NCBI GenBank assembly: GCA_016214035.1
Contig: JACRPF010000012.1
Span: 3,051-67,050, forward strand
DNA from: Spirochaetota bacterium
GTDB taxonomy: Bacteria > Spirochaetota > Brachyspiria > Brachyspirales > JACRPF01
DNA: 64,000 nucleotides
Direction of reading: 5' to 3'
The position numbers and the translations under genes were made by a program. The notes beneath the pieces were generated by a model that saw nothing but the letters and a program-made list of their open reading frames with translations, did not search any database and was not told where the DNA came from. Within the stretch, counting starts at the first letter, position 1. Each line of letters opens with the position of its first letter. Below are positions 47,821 to 56,525 of this stretch, piece after piece.

Positions 47821-49935
47821 ATGGCAACACAGCAGGCAACCGGCAAAGTAAACATCTCGTTGAAGCAGGCGTTCGGCATGCTCGGGCCGTACGCGTGGGC
47901 GAAGATCCTCGATCAGATTAAATCGGTATCGCTCATCGTTGTATACCTTGTTCTCTTTCAGGTCCTTATTCTCGGTGTCCCTATTGCAAACGCTTCCATT
48001 CTCGCGCTTGGTATCGGCGTGGTGATTATCGGTCTTGCTTTTTTTATGGAAGGTCTTTTTCTCGGACTCATGCCCCTCGGTGAGACCTGCGGAGTCAAGC
48101 TTCCGCAAAAGACGGTATTGCCCGTCATACTTATTTTTGCATTCCTGCTCGGGGTGGGTGCAACGTTCGCTGAGCCCGCCATCGGTGTTCTCAAACAGGC
48201 CGGGTCGTCGGTCACGGCATGGGATGCACCGCTGCTGTTCCTTCTGCTCAATAAGAATTCCGGCTTGCTCGTATGGGCCGTCGGTGCCGGTGTCGGTATT
48301 GCCGTTCTTTTCGGCATGCTCCGTTTCATGTATAACTGGTCGCTCAAGCCGTTCATCTATGTGCTTTATGCAATTGCCGGCGCCTTGTCCATCTGGAGTT
48401 ATTTTGAACCCAATATGGTGTATCTCACCGGTCTTGCCTGGGACTGCGGCGGTGTTACCACCGGTCCGGTGACCGTACCGCTCGTTCTCGCGCTCGGTAT
48501 CGGCATCTGCCGCGCGGCGACGAAAGGCGATGCGGGCAGCAGCGGCGGCGGATTCGGCGTAGTAACGCTTGCGTCGGCCTTTCCCATTATAGCGGTGCTC
48601 GGACTCGGGCTCATATTTCTCGGTTCCGTACCGAAGCCGATGAGTGCGGTAAAACTGTTCAGCACCGAGCAGCGCGATAAAACATTGAAAATGTTCGACA
48701 GCGAGGACGCCATGCGCGGCTATGCGCTCCTGAACGCATCCTATGACGCGCAGCTTGCCGCGTTCAACAATGATACGAAATCGATGCTCGCCTTTGTCAC
48801 CGAGCTCGGTACGAACGCCGCAAAACGTACGGCGGTTGCCGGCGGTGACGCGGCATTTACCGGGTGGCTTTTAAAACGCGGAAGTCAGGAACAGCGGATC
48901 GCCGTGTACGGTTCACCTGAAGCGGTTAAAGCGGCAATTGACCGTTTATCCGCGGCACCGGCGGTCAAGATTGACTTCCGGAACATTTTCGTCGTCAATG
49001 GTCTCGGCGCATTACAGGCAATCGTTCCGCTCAGTCTGTTCCTGCTGTTTGCGCTGTTCGTCATTCTCCGTGAAAAACTGAAACGCGCCGATGAGATATT
49101 TCTCGGCATACTGTTCGCGGTCGTCGGGATGACGCTCTTCAGTATAGGCATAACACTCGGTTTATCGCGTCTGGGCGAGGATGTGGGCAAGAAACTGCCG
49201 TCATCGTTCAAAGCCATTGAAATGGCGGAGCAGACGCAAGTCATCCGGAATTTCAATCCGGCTATCGTCAACAAAGCGATTAGTCCCGACGGCAGTGTCG
49301 ACGAGTTTTTCTATAAAAAAGCGGGCACCGCGTATGCGGCATTTCCCTACCGCTCGAATAATTTCGATCCGCATACGGCGCAGTATGTCTATACCCCCAC
49401 GCGAGGGCCTCTGTTCGGAGGAGTTATGGGTATTGTCATCGTACTCTTCTTCGGATTCATGATGGGGTATGGCGCAACACTTGCCGAACCCGCGCTCAAC
49501 GCGCTTGGAGCCACGGTTGAAGAGCTTACCGTCGGGTCGTTCAAAAAAAGTCTCCTCATGCAGGCGGTCGCTATCGGTGTTGGTGTGGGTATTGCGGTTG
49601 GTGTGGCAAAGATCATATACGGTCTTCCGCTTATCTGGCTGCTGGTGCCGCCGTATCTTATCCTCATGGTATTGACCATTCTGTCGAGTGAGGAATTCGT
49701 GAACATCGGATGGGATAGCGCCGGCGTGACTACCGGTCCGGTAACCGTACCGCTTGTACTTGCAATGGGTCTCGGCATCGGAGGACAGGTGGGCGTAGTT
49801 GAGGGGTTCGGCATTCTTGCGCTCGCGTCGGTATACCCGATCCTCTCGGTGCTCTGCGTCGGCCTCTTTGTAACGATGAAACGTAAATCAGCGCTGAAGG
49901 AAGTGACCACCGCTTCATCTTCGGCTGCGGCATAG
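47821..49935 (+). CDS. fused tandem DUF1538 integral membrane protein (unknown transporter-like)
   Basis: Trimmed to the ATG at 47821 (SD GGGGAG). The two halves share FFMEGLFLGLMPLGE/LFSIGITLGLSRLGE, GATFAEPAIGVL/GATLAEPALNAL and WDCGGVTTGPVTVPLVLALGIG/WDSAGVTTGPVTVPLVLAMGLGIG. Confidence 0.8.
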   Translation: MATQQATGKVNISLKQAFGMLGPYAWAKILDQIKSVSLIVVYLVLFQVLILGVPIANASILALGIGVVIIGLAFFMEGLFLGLMPLGETCGVKLPQKTVLPVILIFAFLLGVGATFAEPAIGVLKQAGSSVTAWDAPLLFLLLNKNSGLLVWAVGAGVGIAVLFGMLRFMYNWSLKPFIYVLYAIAGALSIWSYFEPNMVYLTGLAWDCGGVTTGPVTVPLVLALGIGICRAATKGDAGSSGGGFGVVTLASAFPIIAVLGLGLIFLGSVPKPMSAVKLFSTEQRDKTLKMFDSEDAMRGYALLNASYDAQLAAFNNDTKSMLAFVTELGTNAAKRTAVAGGDAAFTGWLLKRGSQEQRIAVYGSPEAVKAAIDRLSAAPAVKIDFRNIFVVNGLGALQAIVPLSLFLLFALFVILREKLKRADEIFLGILFAVVGMTLFSIGITLGLSRLGEDVGKKLPSSFKAIEMAEQTQVIRNFNPAIVNKAISPDGSVDEFFYKKAGTAYAAFPYRSNNFDPHTAQYVYTPTRGPLFGGVMGIVIVLFFGFMMGYGATLAEPALNALGATVEELTVGSFKKSLLMQAVAIGVGVGIAVGVAKIIYGLPLIWLLVPPYLILMVLTILSSEEFVNIGWDSAGVTTGPVTVPLVLAMGLGIGGQVGVVEGFGILALASVYPILSVLCVGLFVTMKRKSALKEVTTASSSAAA

Positions 49936-49945
49936 GAGGCGTATC

Positions 49946-51061
49946 ATGGAAACAAAAAAATACGCTGAAATCACCTGCAAAGTATATAAGACGATAGCTC
50001 ACCTTGTCACCGATGCGCTGCAGAAGGCAGGCATAACCGAAGTGCATATACAGACCGGCCGGGCGGTGGTGCTCCGTGAAAAGAAAGGAATCCTGGGCAT
50101 CGGTGCCGGCGAGGTGCTCGATGAAGACCCCGCCGAGGTATTCCGTTTCCATGTGCCGTCAGAACAGGCCGATGCGGTCATGAACACCGTCATCGCCGCG
50201 GCGCATCTTGATTCTCCGGGACGCGGAAGTATTTTTGTGAACGATGCGGAAGTCATCCGCAGTGTACATGAACCGGTGCAGCTATCGGTTCCAACCGAGC
50301 GGCCGGTAACGCTGGCATCAGGCCTTATGGGCATCTGCTGCATCGTCCAGCGCGGTCAGGGCAATACCGTCATTCAGTCGGCACTCGATATGGGTTTTTC
50401 GGTGCCGGTGGCGACATTCGGTGAGGGAACCGGTTTACGGGATAAACTCGGTATTCTCCGCATCACGATACCCGCCGAAAAAGAAGTCATCAATATGACG
50501 GTAGCCGAGCAGGACGCACGCGAGGCTATGGATACGCTGGTGGACGCCGGCAAGCTCGATCAGCCGGGAAAAGGTTTCATATATACGTATCCCGTGGGAC
50601 GCGGGCTTATCAATACGAAAATATTCCGCGGTACGCAGAAACATGCCGCAAGTGTCGAGCAGATGATTTCCGCGATCGACGACATCAAAGGCTCGATGGA
50701 ATGGCGCAAACGTTCCGGTGAAGGCCGCAGCGGCGCCGGCGGACGCAAATATCTCAGTAATCTTGTCAACTTCACGCTGGTCTGCAATGAGGGCCGTGCG
50801 CATGAACTCGTTAAGGCCGCCATGTCGGTGGGTGCAGCGGGTGCCACCATCAGCAAGCTCCGGTATTCACGGCTGAACGGTACGGGTGATGATTCAGTTT
50901 CGCCCGCGCGCGAGATGAGCGACCTTATCGTAGGCGCCGCGCAAGTGGATGCCATACGGAAAGCCATTGAAGACGCAGACGGTTTCGGAAAAACATCATC
51001 GGCAATGATTACGCTCAAACCGGTGCCTTCCGCATGCACTTATCTCGGCGGGAGCCGTTAA
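49946..51061 (+). CDS. single-chain protein with three PII-like (GlnB-fold-like) modules
   Basis: 371 aa. Module 1 is ~aa 8-104 (..DSPGRGSIFVNDAEV). Module 2 is ~aa 128-217 (..DQPGKGFIYTYPV). Module 3 is ~aa 275-358 and degenerate. SD AGGAGG overlaps the stop of the DUF1538 gene. Confidence 0.7.
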   Translation: METKKYAEITCKVYKTIAHLVTDALQKAGITEVHIQTGRAVVLREKKGILGIGAGEVLDEDPAEVFRFHVPSEQADAVMNTVIAAAHLDSPGRGSIFVNDAEVIRSVHEPVQLSVPTERPVTLASGLMGICCIVQRGQGNTVIQSALDMGFSVPVATFGEGTGLRDKLGILRITIPAEKEVINMTVAEQDAREAMDTLVDAGKLDQPGKGFIYTYPVGRGLINTKIFRGTQKHAASVEQMISAIDDIKGSMEWRKRSGEGRSGAGGRKYLSNLVNFTLVCNEGRAHELVKAAMSVGAAGATISKLRYSRLNGTGDDSVSPAREMSDLIVGAAQVDAIRKAIEDADGFGKTSSAMITLKPVPSACTYLGGSR

Positions 51062-51142
51062 CCGAATCTGACAGATGAATGCCGTGCGGGTACCAGACCT
51101 GCGCCCCATGATCGGGATCTTGATCTGTCGAAGCTAGTTCCG

Positions 51143-52411
51143 TCAGAATATCATATTCTGTGCCAGCAGAACAAGAAACCCTGCAACATATCCCGCCGCC
51201 GCAAGCGGACCGATCCGCTTCAAGTACCAGAAGAATTCTATTTTCTCCATACCCATTGCGGCGACACCGGCTGCCGAGCCGATGATAAGCATACTGCCGC
51301 CCGTACCCGCCGCATACGCGAGCATCTGCCAGAATGCATGGTCAACCGGATACACCGCATGCGGATACATGCTTATCACCGCCGCGACGATGGGGACGTT
51401 GTCGACTACCGACGATAGGATGCCGATGCAGAACAGGATGATATTCTGTTCCTTGAATGTAGATGAAAGCATATCCGCCGCATGCCGGAGAATGCCTGCC
51501 GCTTCAAGCGATGCCACCGCGGTGAGTATGCCCAGAAAGAATAGAATACTCGTGGCGTCGATGCGCTGCAGGGCGTTCGCCACTGAAAGTTTTGTCCGGT
51601 AGTCGTATTCCTTGCCGCGGTGCATGACCTCGGTGATGATCCAGAGCACGGAAAGGCCCAGGAGTATCCCCATATACGGCGGCAGATGCGTCAGCGATTT
51701 GAATACCGGTATGAATATCAGCGCGCCGATGCCCGTGAAGAAAACGATATTCTTCTCAAGTGACACGATGTCTTTGCGTTTCTCGGGCGGTTGTCCCGGA
51801 ACGCCGCCGCGCATGCCGATTGAAGCGATGATGAGCGGTACGAGCAGGCAGGCAAGGCTCGGCAGAAACAGATGCGTGATGGTGTTCATCGATGTGATGT
51901 TCCCGGCTATCCAGAGCATGGTGGTGGTCACATCGCCGATGGGGGACCATGCGCCGCCCGCATTCGCCGCGATGATGACGATGCCGATGAAGGTGAGGCG
52001 GTCATTGCGGTCATCCACCAGCCGGCGCGTCATCGATGTCATGACGATGGCCGTGGTGAGATTGTCGAGGACGGCGGAGAGGAAGAACGTCACGAAACCG
52101 ATTATCCACAGGAGCAGCCGTTTGTTCTTCGTCCTGATGCGCGAGGTGATGACGTCGAAGCCGTTATGCGCGTCGATGAGCTCTACGATGGTCATCGCCC
52201 CGAGCAGGAAAAAAAGAATTTCGGAGATTCCCCCGAGATGTTCCCTGAGTGAAACGATGATGCTGTGACGTTCCGGCGAAAACACGATGAAGATGACCCA
52301 TGTCACTACGCCGGTCAGAAGCGCGCTTGCAGCCTTGTTGATATGTATGCCGTTCTCAAGAGCGATGAAAAGATAGCCTACGATGAAGATAAGGATGATG
52401 ATGGTTTCCAT
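51143..52411 (-). CDS. nhaD: NhaD/ArsB-superfamily Na+/H+ antiporter (copy 2)
   Basis: 422 aa. METIIILIFIVGYLFIALENGIHINKAAS. Colinear paralogue of 20384..21655. Confidence 0.85.
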   Translation of the reverse strand: METIIILIFIVGYLFIALENGIHINKAASALLTGVVTWVIFIVFSPERHSIIVSLREHLGGISEILFFLLGAMTIVELIDAHNGFDVITSRIRTKNKRLLLWIIGFVTFFLSAVLDNLTTAIVMTSMTRRLVDDRNDRLTFIGIVIIAANAGGAWSPIGDVTTTMLWIAGNITSMNTITHLFLPSLACLLVPLIIASIGMRGGVPGQPPEKRKDIVSLEKNIVFFTGIGALIFIPVFKSLTHLPPYMGILLGLSVLWIITEVMHRGKEYDYRTKLSVANALQRIDATSILFFLGILTAVASLEAAGILRHAADMLSSTFKEQNIILFCIGILSSVVDNVPIVAAVISMYPHAVYPVDHAFWQMLAYAAGTGGSMLIIGSAAGVAAMGMEKIEFFWYLKRIGPLAAAGYVAGFLVLLAQNMIF

Positions 52412-52520
52412 GTTGTTGCAGCCCGCAGTATTTGTTGTGGGGCAATAGTACAGGAGTACCGGGGTTTGTCAACCTGACATTGAAAAAAATACGCATATCC
52501 GGATTATGTGAATGAATTTA

Positions 52521-52549
52521 TTGACATGTGAATGGGTTTCAGGTATAGT
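52521..52549 (+). promoter_or_regulatory. sigma-70-type promoter for nhaA
   Basis: TTGACA (52521-52526), 17-nt spacer, TATAGT (52544-52549). The ATG at 52556 sits at the expected transcription start. Confidence 0.55.
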
Positions 52550-52555
52550 GGACAT

Positions 52556-53911
52556 ATGAAGATAAAAAGAACGCCTCCGACACTCATCAGCAAGCGCGAT
52601 CGCCTGCCGGTGGATTATTTACTTCATCCGTTTCAATATGTCACTCGTGAGGAGGCATTCGGGGGCGTTTTGCTTATCGCGGCAACAGTTGTCGCACTGG
52701 TTCTGGCAAATTCTCCATGGAAGTTGCTTTATGATTCGATGATCGAAAGTAAATTTTCCATCGGATTTTCATGGTTCGGGCTGAAAATGTCCCTGGGGCA
52801 TTGGATTAACGACGGCCTTATGGCGCTGTTCTTTTTTGTCGTGGGGCTTGAGATCAAACGTGAAGTGTTTGTCGGGGAACTTGCATCCGTCCGGCGTTCG
52901 GCGCTGCCCATAGCGGCGGCGCTGGGGGGGATGCTGGTGCCGGCCGCGGTATACCTCGCCATAAATGCGGGACAGCCCGGTATGCGCGGCTGGGGGGTGC
53001 CGATGGCGACCGATATCGCGTTTTCCATCGGCGCACTCGCGCTCATGGGTAAACGCGTGCCGCTGGGCGTCAAGGTTTTTGTCACCGCACTTGCAATCGT
53101 CGATGATATCGGGGCGGTGCTCGTTATAGCCGTATTTTACACCGGACAGTTGTCGTGGCAGCCGCTCGTGGTGTGCGGACTTTTTCTGGGCATGCTTGTC
53201 GCCGTGAACAGGCTCGGGGTCCGGCATCCGCTCGTGTACGGCATTCTCGGGATATGTCTGTGGGTGGCGATGCTGAAATCCGGCGTGCATGCAACCATCG
53301 CGGGGATACTCACGGCGGTGATCGTTCCCTCACGCTCACGCATCAATGCCCCCGCATTCATCGAAGATAACCGGCTGTATATGAGCGAGTTCAAAGCGGG
53401 CGAAACGGGTGACGGACTCGTGCTTACCAGTAAACGCCAGCAGGCGGCGCTGCGCGCGCTTGAGACCGCATGCGGGAACGTGCAGTCTCCCATGCAGCAG
53501 CTTGAGCATGCCGTATTGCCGTGGGTGCGCTTCATCATAATGCCGCTTTTTGCGTTCGCGAATGCCGGTATAACGGTTACCGGAAACACCGTTTTTGCGA
53601 TGCAGCACCCCGTTGCCATAGGTATCATGGCCGGGCTTGTATTCGGTAAGCCCGCCGGCATCACCCTGTTCTCATGGATAGCGGTGCGTGCCGGAATTGC
53701 CGAGCTGCCGGCCGGTGTGGCGTGGCGTCATCTTATTGCGGCAGCGATGGTGGCGGGCATCGGATTTACAATGTCGCTCTTTATTGCGGAACTTGCGTTC
53801 AAGGATACACTGCTTCTCGACACCGCGAAAATAGGTATTATGCTGGGTTCGTTCATCGCCGCTGTTGCGGGGATGGCGGTTCTCCGGCTCGTTACGCGGC
53901 GACAGACATGA
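52556..53911 (+). CDS. nhaA: Na+/H+ antiporter NhaA
   Basis: WINDGLMALFFFVVGLEIKRE and the ALAIVDDIGAVLVIA (DD pair) motifs. The start is set to the ATG at 52556 because the ATG at 52532 lies inside the promoter spacer. Confidence 0.85.
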   Translation: MKIKRTPPTLISKRDRLPVDYLLHPFQYVTREEAFGGVLLIAATVVALVLANSPWKLLYDSMIESKFSIGFSWFGLKMSLGHWINDGLMALFFFVVGLEIKREVFVGELASVRRSALPIAAALGGMLVPAAVYLAINAGQPGMRGWGVPMATDIAFSIGALALMGKRVPLGVKVFVTALAIVDDIGAVLVIAVFYTGQLSWQPLVVCGLFLGMLVAVNRLGVRHPLVYGILGICLWVAMLKSGVHATIAGILTAVIVPSRSRINAPAFIEDNRLYMSEFKAGETGDGLVLTSKRQQAALRALETACGNVQSPMQQLEHAVLPWVRFIIMPLFAFANAGITVTGNTVFAMQHPVAIGIMAGLVFGKPAGITLFSWIAVRAGIAELPAGVAWRHLIAAAMVAGIGFTMSLFIAELAFKDTLLLDTAKIGIMLGSFIAAVAGMAVLRLVTRRQT

Positions 53912-54014
53912 TTGCACGAGCGTTTCATGTGTAAAAATGTGCAGGATTTTTCTTTTTCGCCGTATATCATTTTATATAGTGTAATACTGCCTAAAGGGAA
54001 ATACTTCTATCAAT

Positions 54015-54042
54015 TTGACATCCCGTGTGTCGGGAATATAAT
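54015..54042 (+). promoter_or_regulatory. sigma-70-type promoter with palindrome in the spacer
   Basis: TTGACA (54015-54020), 16-nt spacer, TATAAT (54037-54042). The spacer contains TCCCG-TGTGT-CGGGA. Confidence 0.55.
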
Positions 54043-54081
54043 ACAAGGTATGTTTTTGGCGACTGAGAAAAAGGACTAACC

Positions 54082-54939
54082 ATGCCGCAAAAAAGAATTA
54101 TTGTCACCTTGGTCGTTATCATTGCCGCGCTCTCAATAGCAGCCACCGGTCTTGCTCTTTTCTCCGGAGGCGGTGCGGAGCCATCAAGCATCACGTCCGT
54201 ACGGGGGCAGCCGGTTGTACTCTACGGCAAAGGCCTCTACCATCACATGAGCGCTGATGTTGCGGTGCAGGGCATTGCGCAGGATTGGGTAACCCTCTGT
54301 CTCGGCGTGCCGTTGCTTCTTCTCTCGCTTCTGTTGTCCCTTCGCGGTTCCCTGCGTTGGCGACTTGTACTTTCCGGAACTCTTGGATACTTTTTTGTCA
54401 CCTATCTGTTTTATCTGGTCATGGCGATGTACAATCCGCTGTTTCTCGTATACACAGCACTATTGGGCACAACGTTTTTCGCGCTTGCCTTTGCACTAAC
54501 GTCATTCGATTTGAACCATCTGGCGAGGAACGCGAATCCCGCGGTATCCGTCAAAGTCGCTGGTATATTCCTGCTTGTAAACAGCCTGCTCATCGGTATG
54601 CTGTGGATGAGCGTCATTGTACCGCCGCTAATTGATGGCAGCATATACCCTCGTTCTCTTGAGCACTACACGACTCTCATCGTCCAGGGATTTGATCTCG
54701 GGCTGCTCCTTCCGCTATCGGTATTCTCCGGCGTTCTGCTCATTCGTCGTAGTCCTCTCGGCTTCCTGCTCGGTCCTGTCTATCTCGTTTTTCTTTCATT
54801 GCTCATGACCGCCCTGGTTTCGAAAATTGCATTCATGGGTTCGCAGGGACAGCCCATTATGCCGGCAATTTTCATAATTCCCGTGCTTGCTTCGGGCGCC
54901 ATTTATTTTTCGGCGCGTCTCATTCGAAATATTTCATAA
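54082..54939 (+). CDS. polytopic membrane protein, unknown function
   Basis: 285 aa and about 7 hydrophobic helices. No recognisable motif. Confidence 0.6.
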   Translation: MPQKRIIVTLVVIIAALSIAATGLALFSGGGAEPSSITSVRGQPVVLYGKGLYHHMSADVAVQGIAQDWVTLCLGVPLLLLSLLLSLRGSLRWRLVLSGTLGYFFVTYLFYLVMAMYNPLFLVYTALLGTTFFALAFALTSFDLNHLARNANPAVSVKVAGIFLLVNSLLIGMLWMSVIVPPLIDGSIYPRSLEHYTTLIVQGFDLGLLLPLSVFSGVLLIRRSPLGFLLGPVYLVFLSLLMTALVSKIAFMGSQGQPIMPAIFIIPVLASGAIYFSARLIRNIS

Positions 54940-54981
54940 CAATGCGGTTCGTATTCTAATTTATATTGAAGGAATAAGTCA

Positions 54982-55713
54982 ATGAATCAGGTTCAAGTCT
55001 TTGCCAACAGCCGTTTTGTTTTCTGGATGGCCTTTGCCTGCGCTGTGACAACACTCGTCACGTTCGCCATTGCAATCATGACCCCGCCTCTTTCGGGTCC
55101 TTTTTGTAAAGCCGGTTGTTTTCAATATCCTTACCTTGACATTGCCTCCCGATTTCCGCGGGATTATTACTGGATGTTCCCTGCCATGATTTCGAACCTT
55201 TTTTTTGTGGCATTGATGGTAGGCCTGCATTATCGTGCAGAGGCCTGCCGCCGGGTTTTTTCGATGTTTGCCCTGATAATCTCATCCATGTCGGCACTCG
55301 TGCTCATTGGGGATTACTTTGTGCAGGTGTCGGTCATACAGCCAAGCGTACTGGCGAAAGAATCTGACGGTGTTTCGCTTCTCACCCAATTTAATCCCCA
55401 CGGTCTGTTTATCGCCTTGGAAGAACTGGGCTACCTCCTGATGAGCCTGGCCATGGCAAGCATTGCATTTGCCCTTTCCAAAGCATCGCTTCTTGAGAGG
55501 GTTGTGCGGTGGATTTTCATCGGTCAAGCGGTGCTTGCCATTGTGCTGCTCGTAACGATTGCGGGATTCATGGGGCATGCACGAGAGTATGTCTTTGAAG
55601 TGGCGATCATTTCTGTAGCCTGGTTGGCGCTCATTGCAGGCGCAGGTATGCTTTCTGTGGTGCTTCGGAGAGATATTCCACGAAAGGCTGAACGAATACA
55701 GCAAAGGCAGTAA
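54982..55713 (+). CDS. polytopic membrane protein, unknown function
   Basis: 243 aa and about 6 hydrophobic helices. Follows the previous gene by 42 nt. Confidence 0.6.
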   Translation: MNQVQVFANSRFVFWMAFACAVTTLVTFAIAIMTPPLSGPFCKAGCFQYPYLDIASRFPRDYYWMFPAMISNLFFVALMVGLHYRAEACRRVFSMFALIISSMSALVLIGDYFVQVSVIQPSVLAKESDGVSLLTQFNPHGLFIALEELGYLLMSLAMASIAFALSKASLLERVVRWIFIGQAVLAIVLLVTIAGFMGHAREYVFEVAIISVAWLALIAGAGMLSVVLRRDIPRKAERIQQRQ

Positions 55714-55715
55714 CG

Positions 55716-55949
55716 TACGTTTTTCATATAGACGGACGACCCGGGGCCGTGATCGGCATTGAAACATCGGGCGAATATCTGGATTTGAAACCACATGGCC
55801 ATATGATCGTGACCGATGGATTGTATACGCCCGGCGGTACATTCTATCACATGCCACGCTGCGATATTCGCGCGCTTCGTTCGGTGAAACATATCTTTCT
55901 CGAAAGACATTTTCTCCTTCACTACGCGTGCTCATGCAGAGAATATTAA
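55716..55949 (+). pseudogene. internal fragment of an IS91/ISCR-like (Y2, HUH) rolling-circle transposase
   Basis: The in-frame translation ..GAVIGIETSGEYLDLKPHGHMIVTDGLYTPGGTFYHMPRCDIRALRSVKHIF.. resembles the HUH-region block of Y2 transposases (..QTFG..L..HPH.H.LVTDG....G.F). The N-terminal and catalytic-Tyr parts are absent. Confidence 0.5.
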
Positions 55950-55985
55950 ATGTCAGGGGGTAAGGTTCGACGTGTCGTTATAGAT
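55866..55985 (+). repeat. ~120-nt direct repeat, copy 1 (transposase-fragment tail plus ~60 nt)
   Basis: ATTCGCGCGCTTCGTTCGGTGAAACATATCTTTCTCGAAAGACATTTTCTCCTTCACTACGCG...ATGTCAGGGGGTAAGGTTCGACGTGTCGTTATAGA aligns with 60087..60205. By eye roughly four-fifths of positions are identical, with one divergent ~15-nt block. Confidence 0.75.
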
Positions 55986-56170
55986 TTGCTAGATATCATC
56001 CATTATCGGCACATAACATTACATGAATACTAACAGAATTGGCCTCTAGGCGAGGATATTGAACTATTATTTGATACGCTACTCCCTCATGCATCAGCGT
56101 ACTCTCTGCTAGTTCCTGCCCATTCATACGCGGACGTGAAAGACATTTACAAAAACTTAATAGTATCCAG

Positions 56171-56280
56171 AACGCGCACGATGCGCGACAGAAAAAGAGA
56201 GCAAACCTTGCCCGCGTACGCTAGCGCCAGCGGTACCGGATGCACCGCGAGCGCGACGGTAATTATGTGAAAATAAAATC
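56171..56280 (+). repeat. dispersed intergenic repeat family, copy C
   Basis: CGCGCA-CGA-TGCGCG hairpin plus ACAGAAAAA, then CCTTGCCCGCGTACGCTAGCGCCAGCGGTACCGGATGCACCGCGAGCGCGACGGTAATTATG. Confidence 0.6.
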
Positions 56281-56525
56281 TTACTCTATCACATATAATC
56301 CAATATTGCCGCCTCAGTTTCTCTACAGCAGCCGTCCCGGTTGTTTTCCATTCATCTGCTATCGGCTCATAGATCAAGCATAGCCCAATTCTTTGCGCAC
56401 ATGCGCTGTACGTCTGTTGCAGCTTTTTCGTCACATACCCGCATCAGCTTATTCATAAGATGATCTTCAAGATGGGATATGGCTGCAGAACGCCCACGAT
56501 TGGTTATTGTCTGTTCTTCCCTTTT

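Noticed and set aside
52532-52555. Upstream ATG start for NhaA
   Set aside because: It lies within the spacer of the best promoter and lacks an SD. It is kept only as an alternative if another promoter exists.
55951-55975. tRNA-like GGTTCGA / T-loop-like string (also GGTTCAA at 60184)
   Set aside because: There is no acceptor stem, anticodon arm or D-arm complementarity around it. It is part of the 120-nt direct repeat.
56147-56434. 95-aa minus-strand ORF downstream of the glycosidase gene
   Set aside because: It runs through repeat copy C and AT-rich junk, and has no SD or motif. It is probably a broken remnant.
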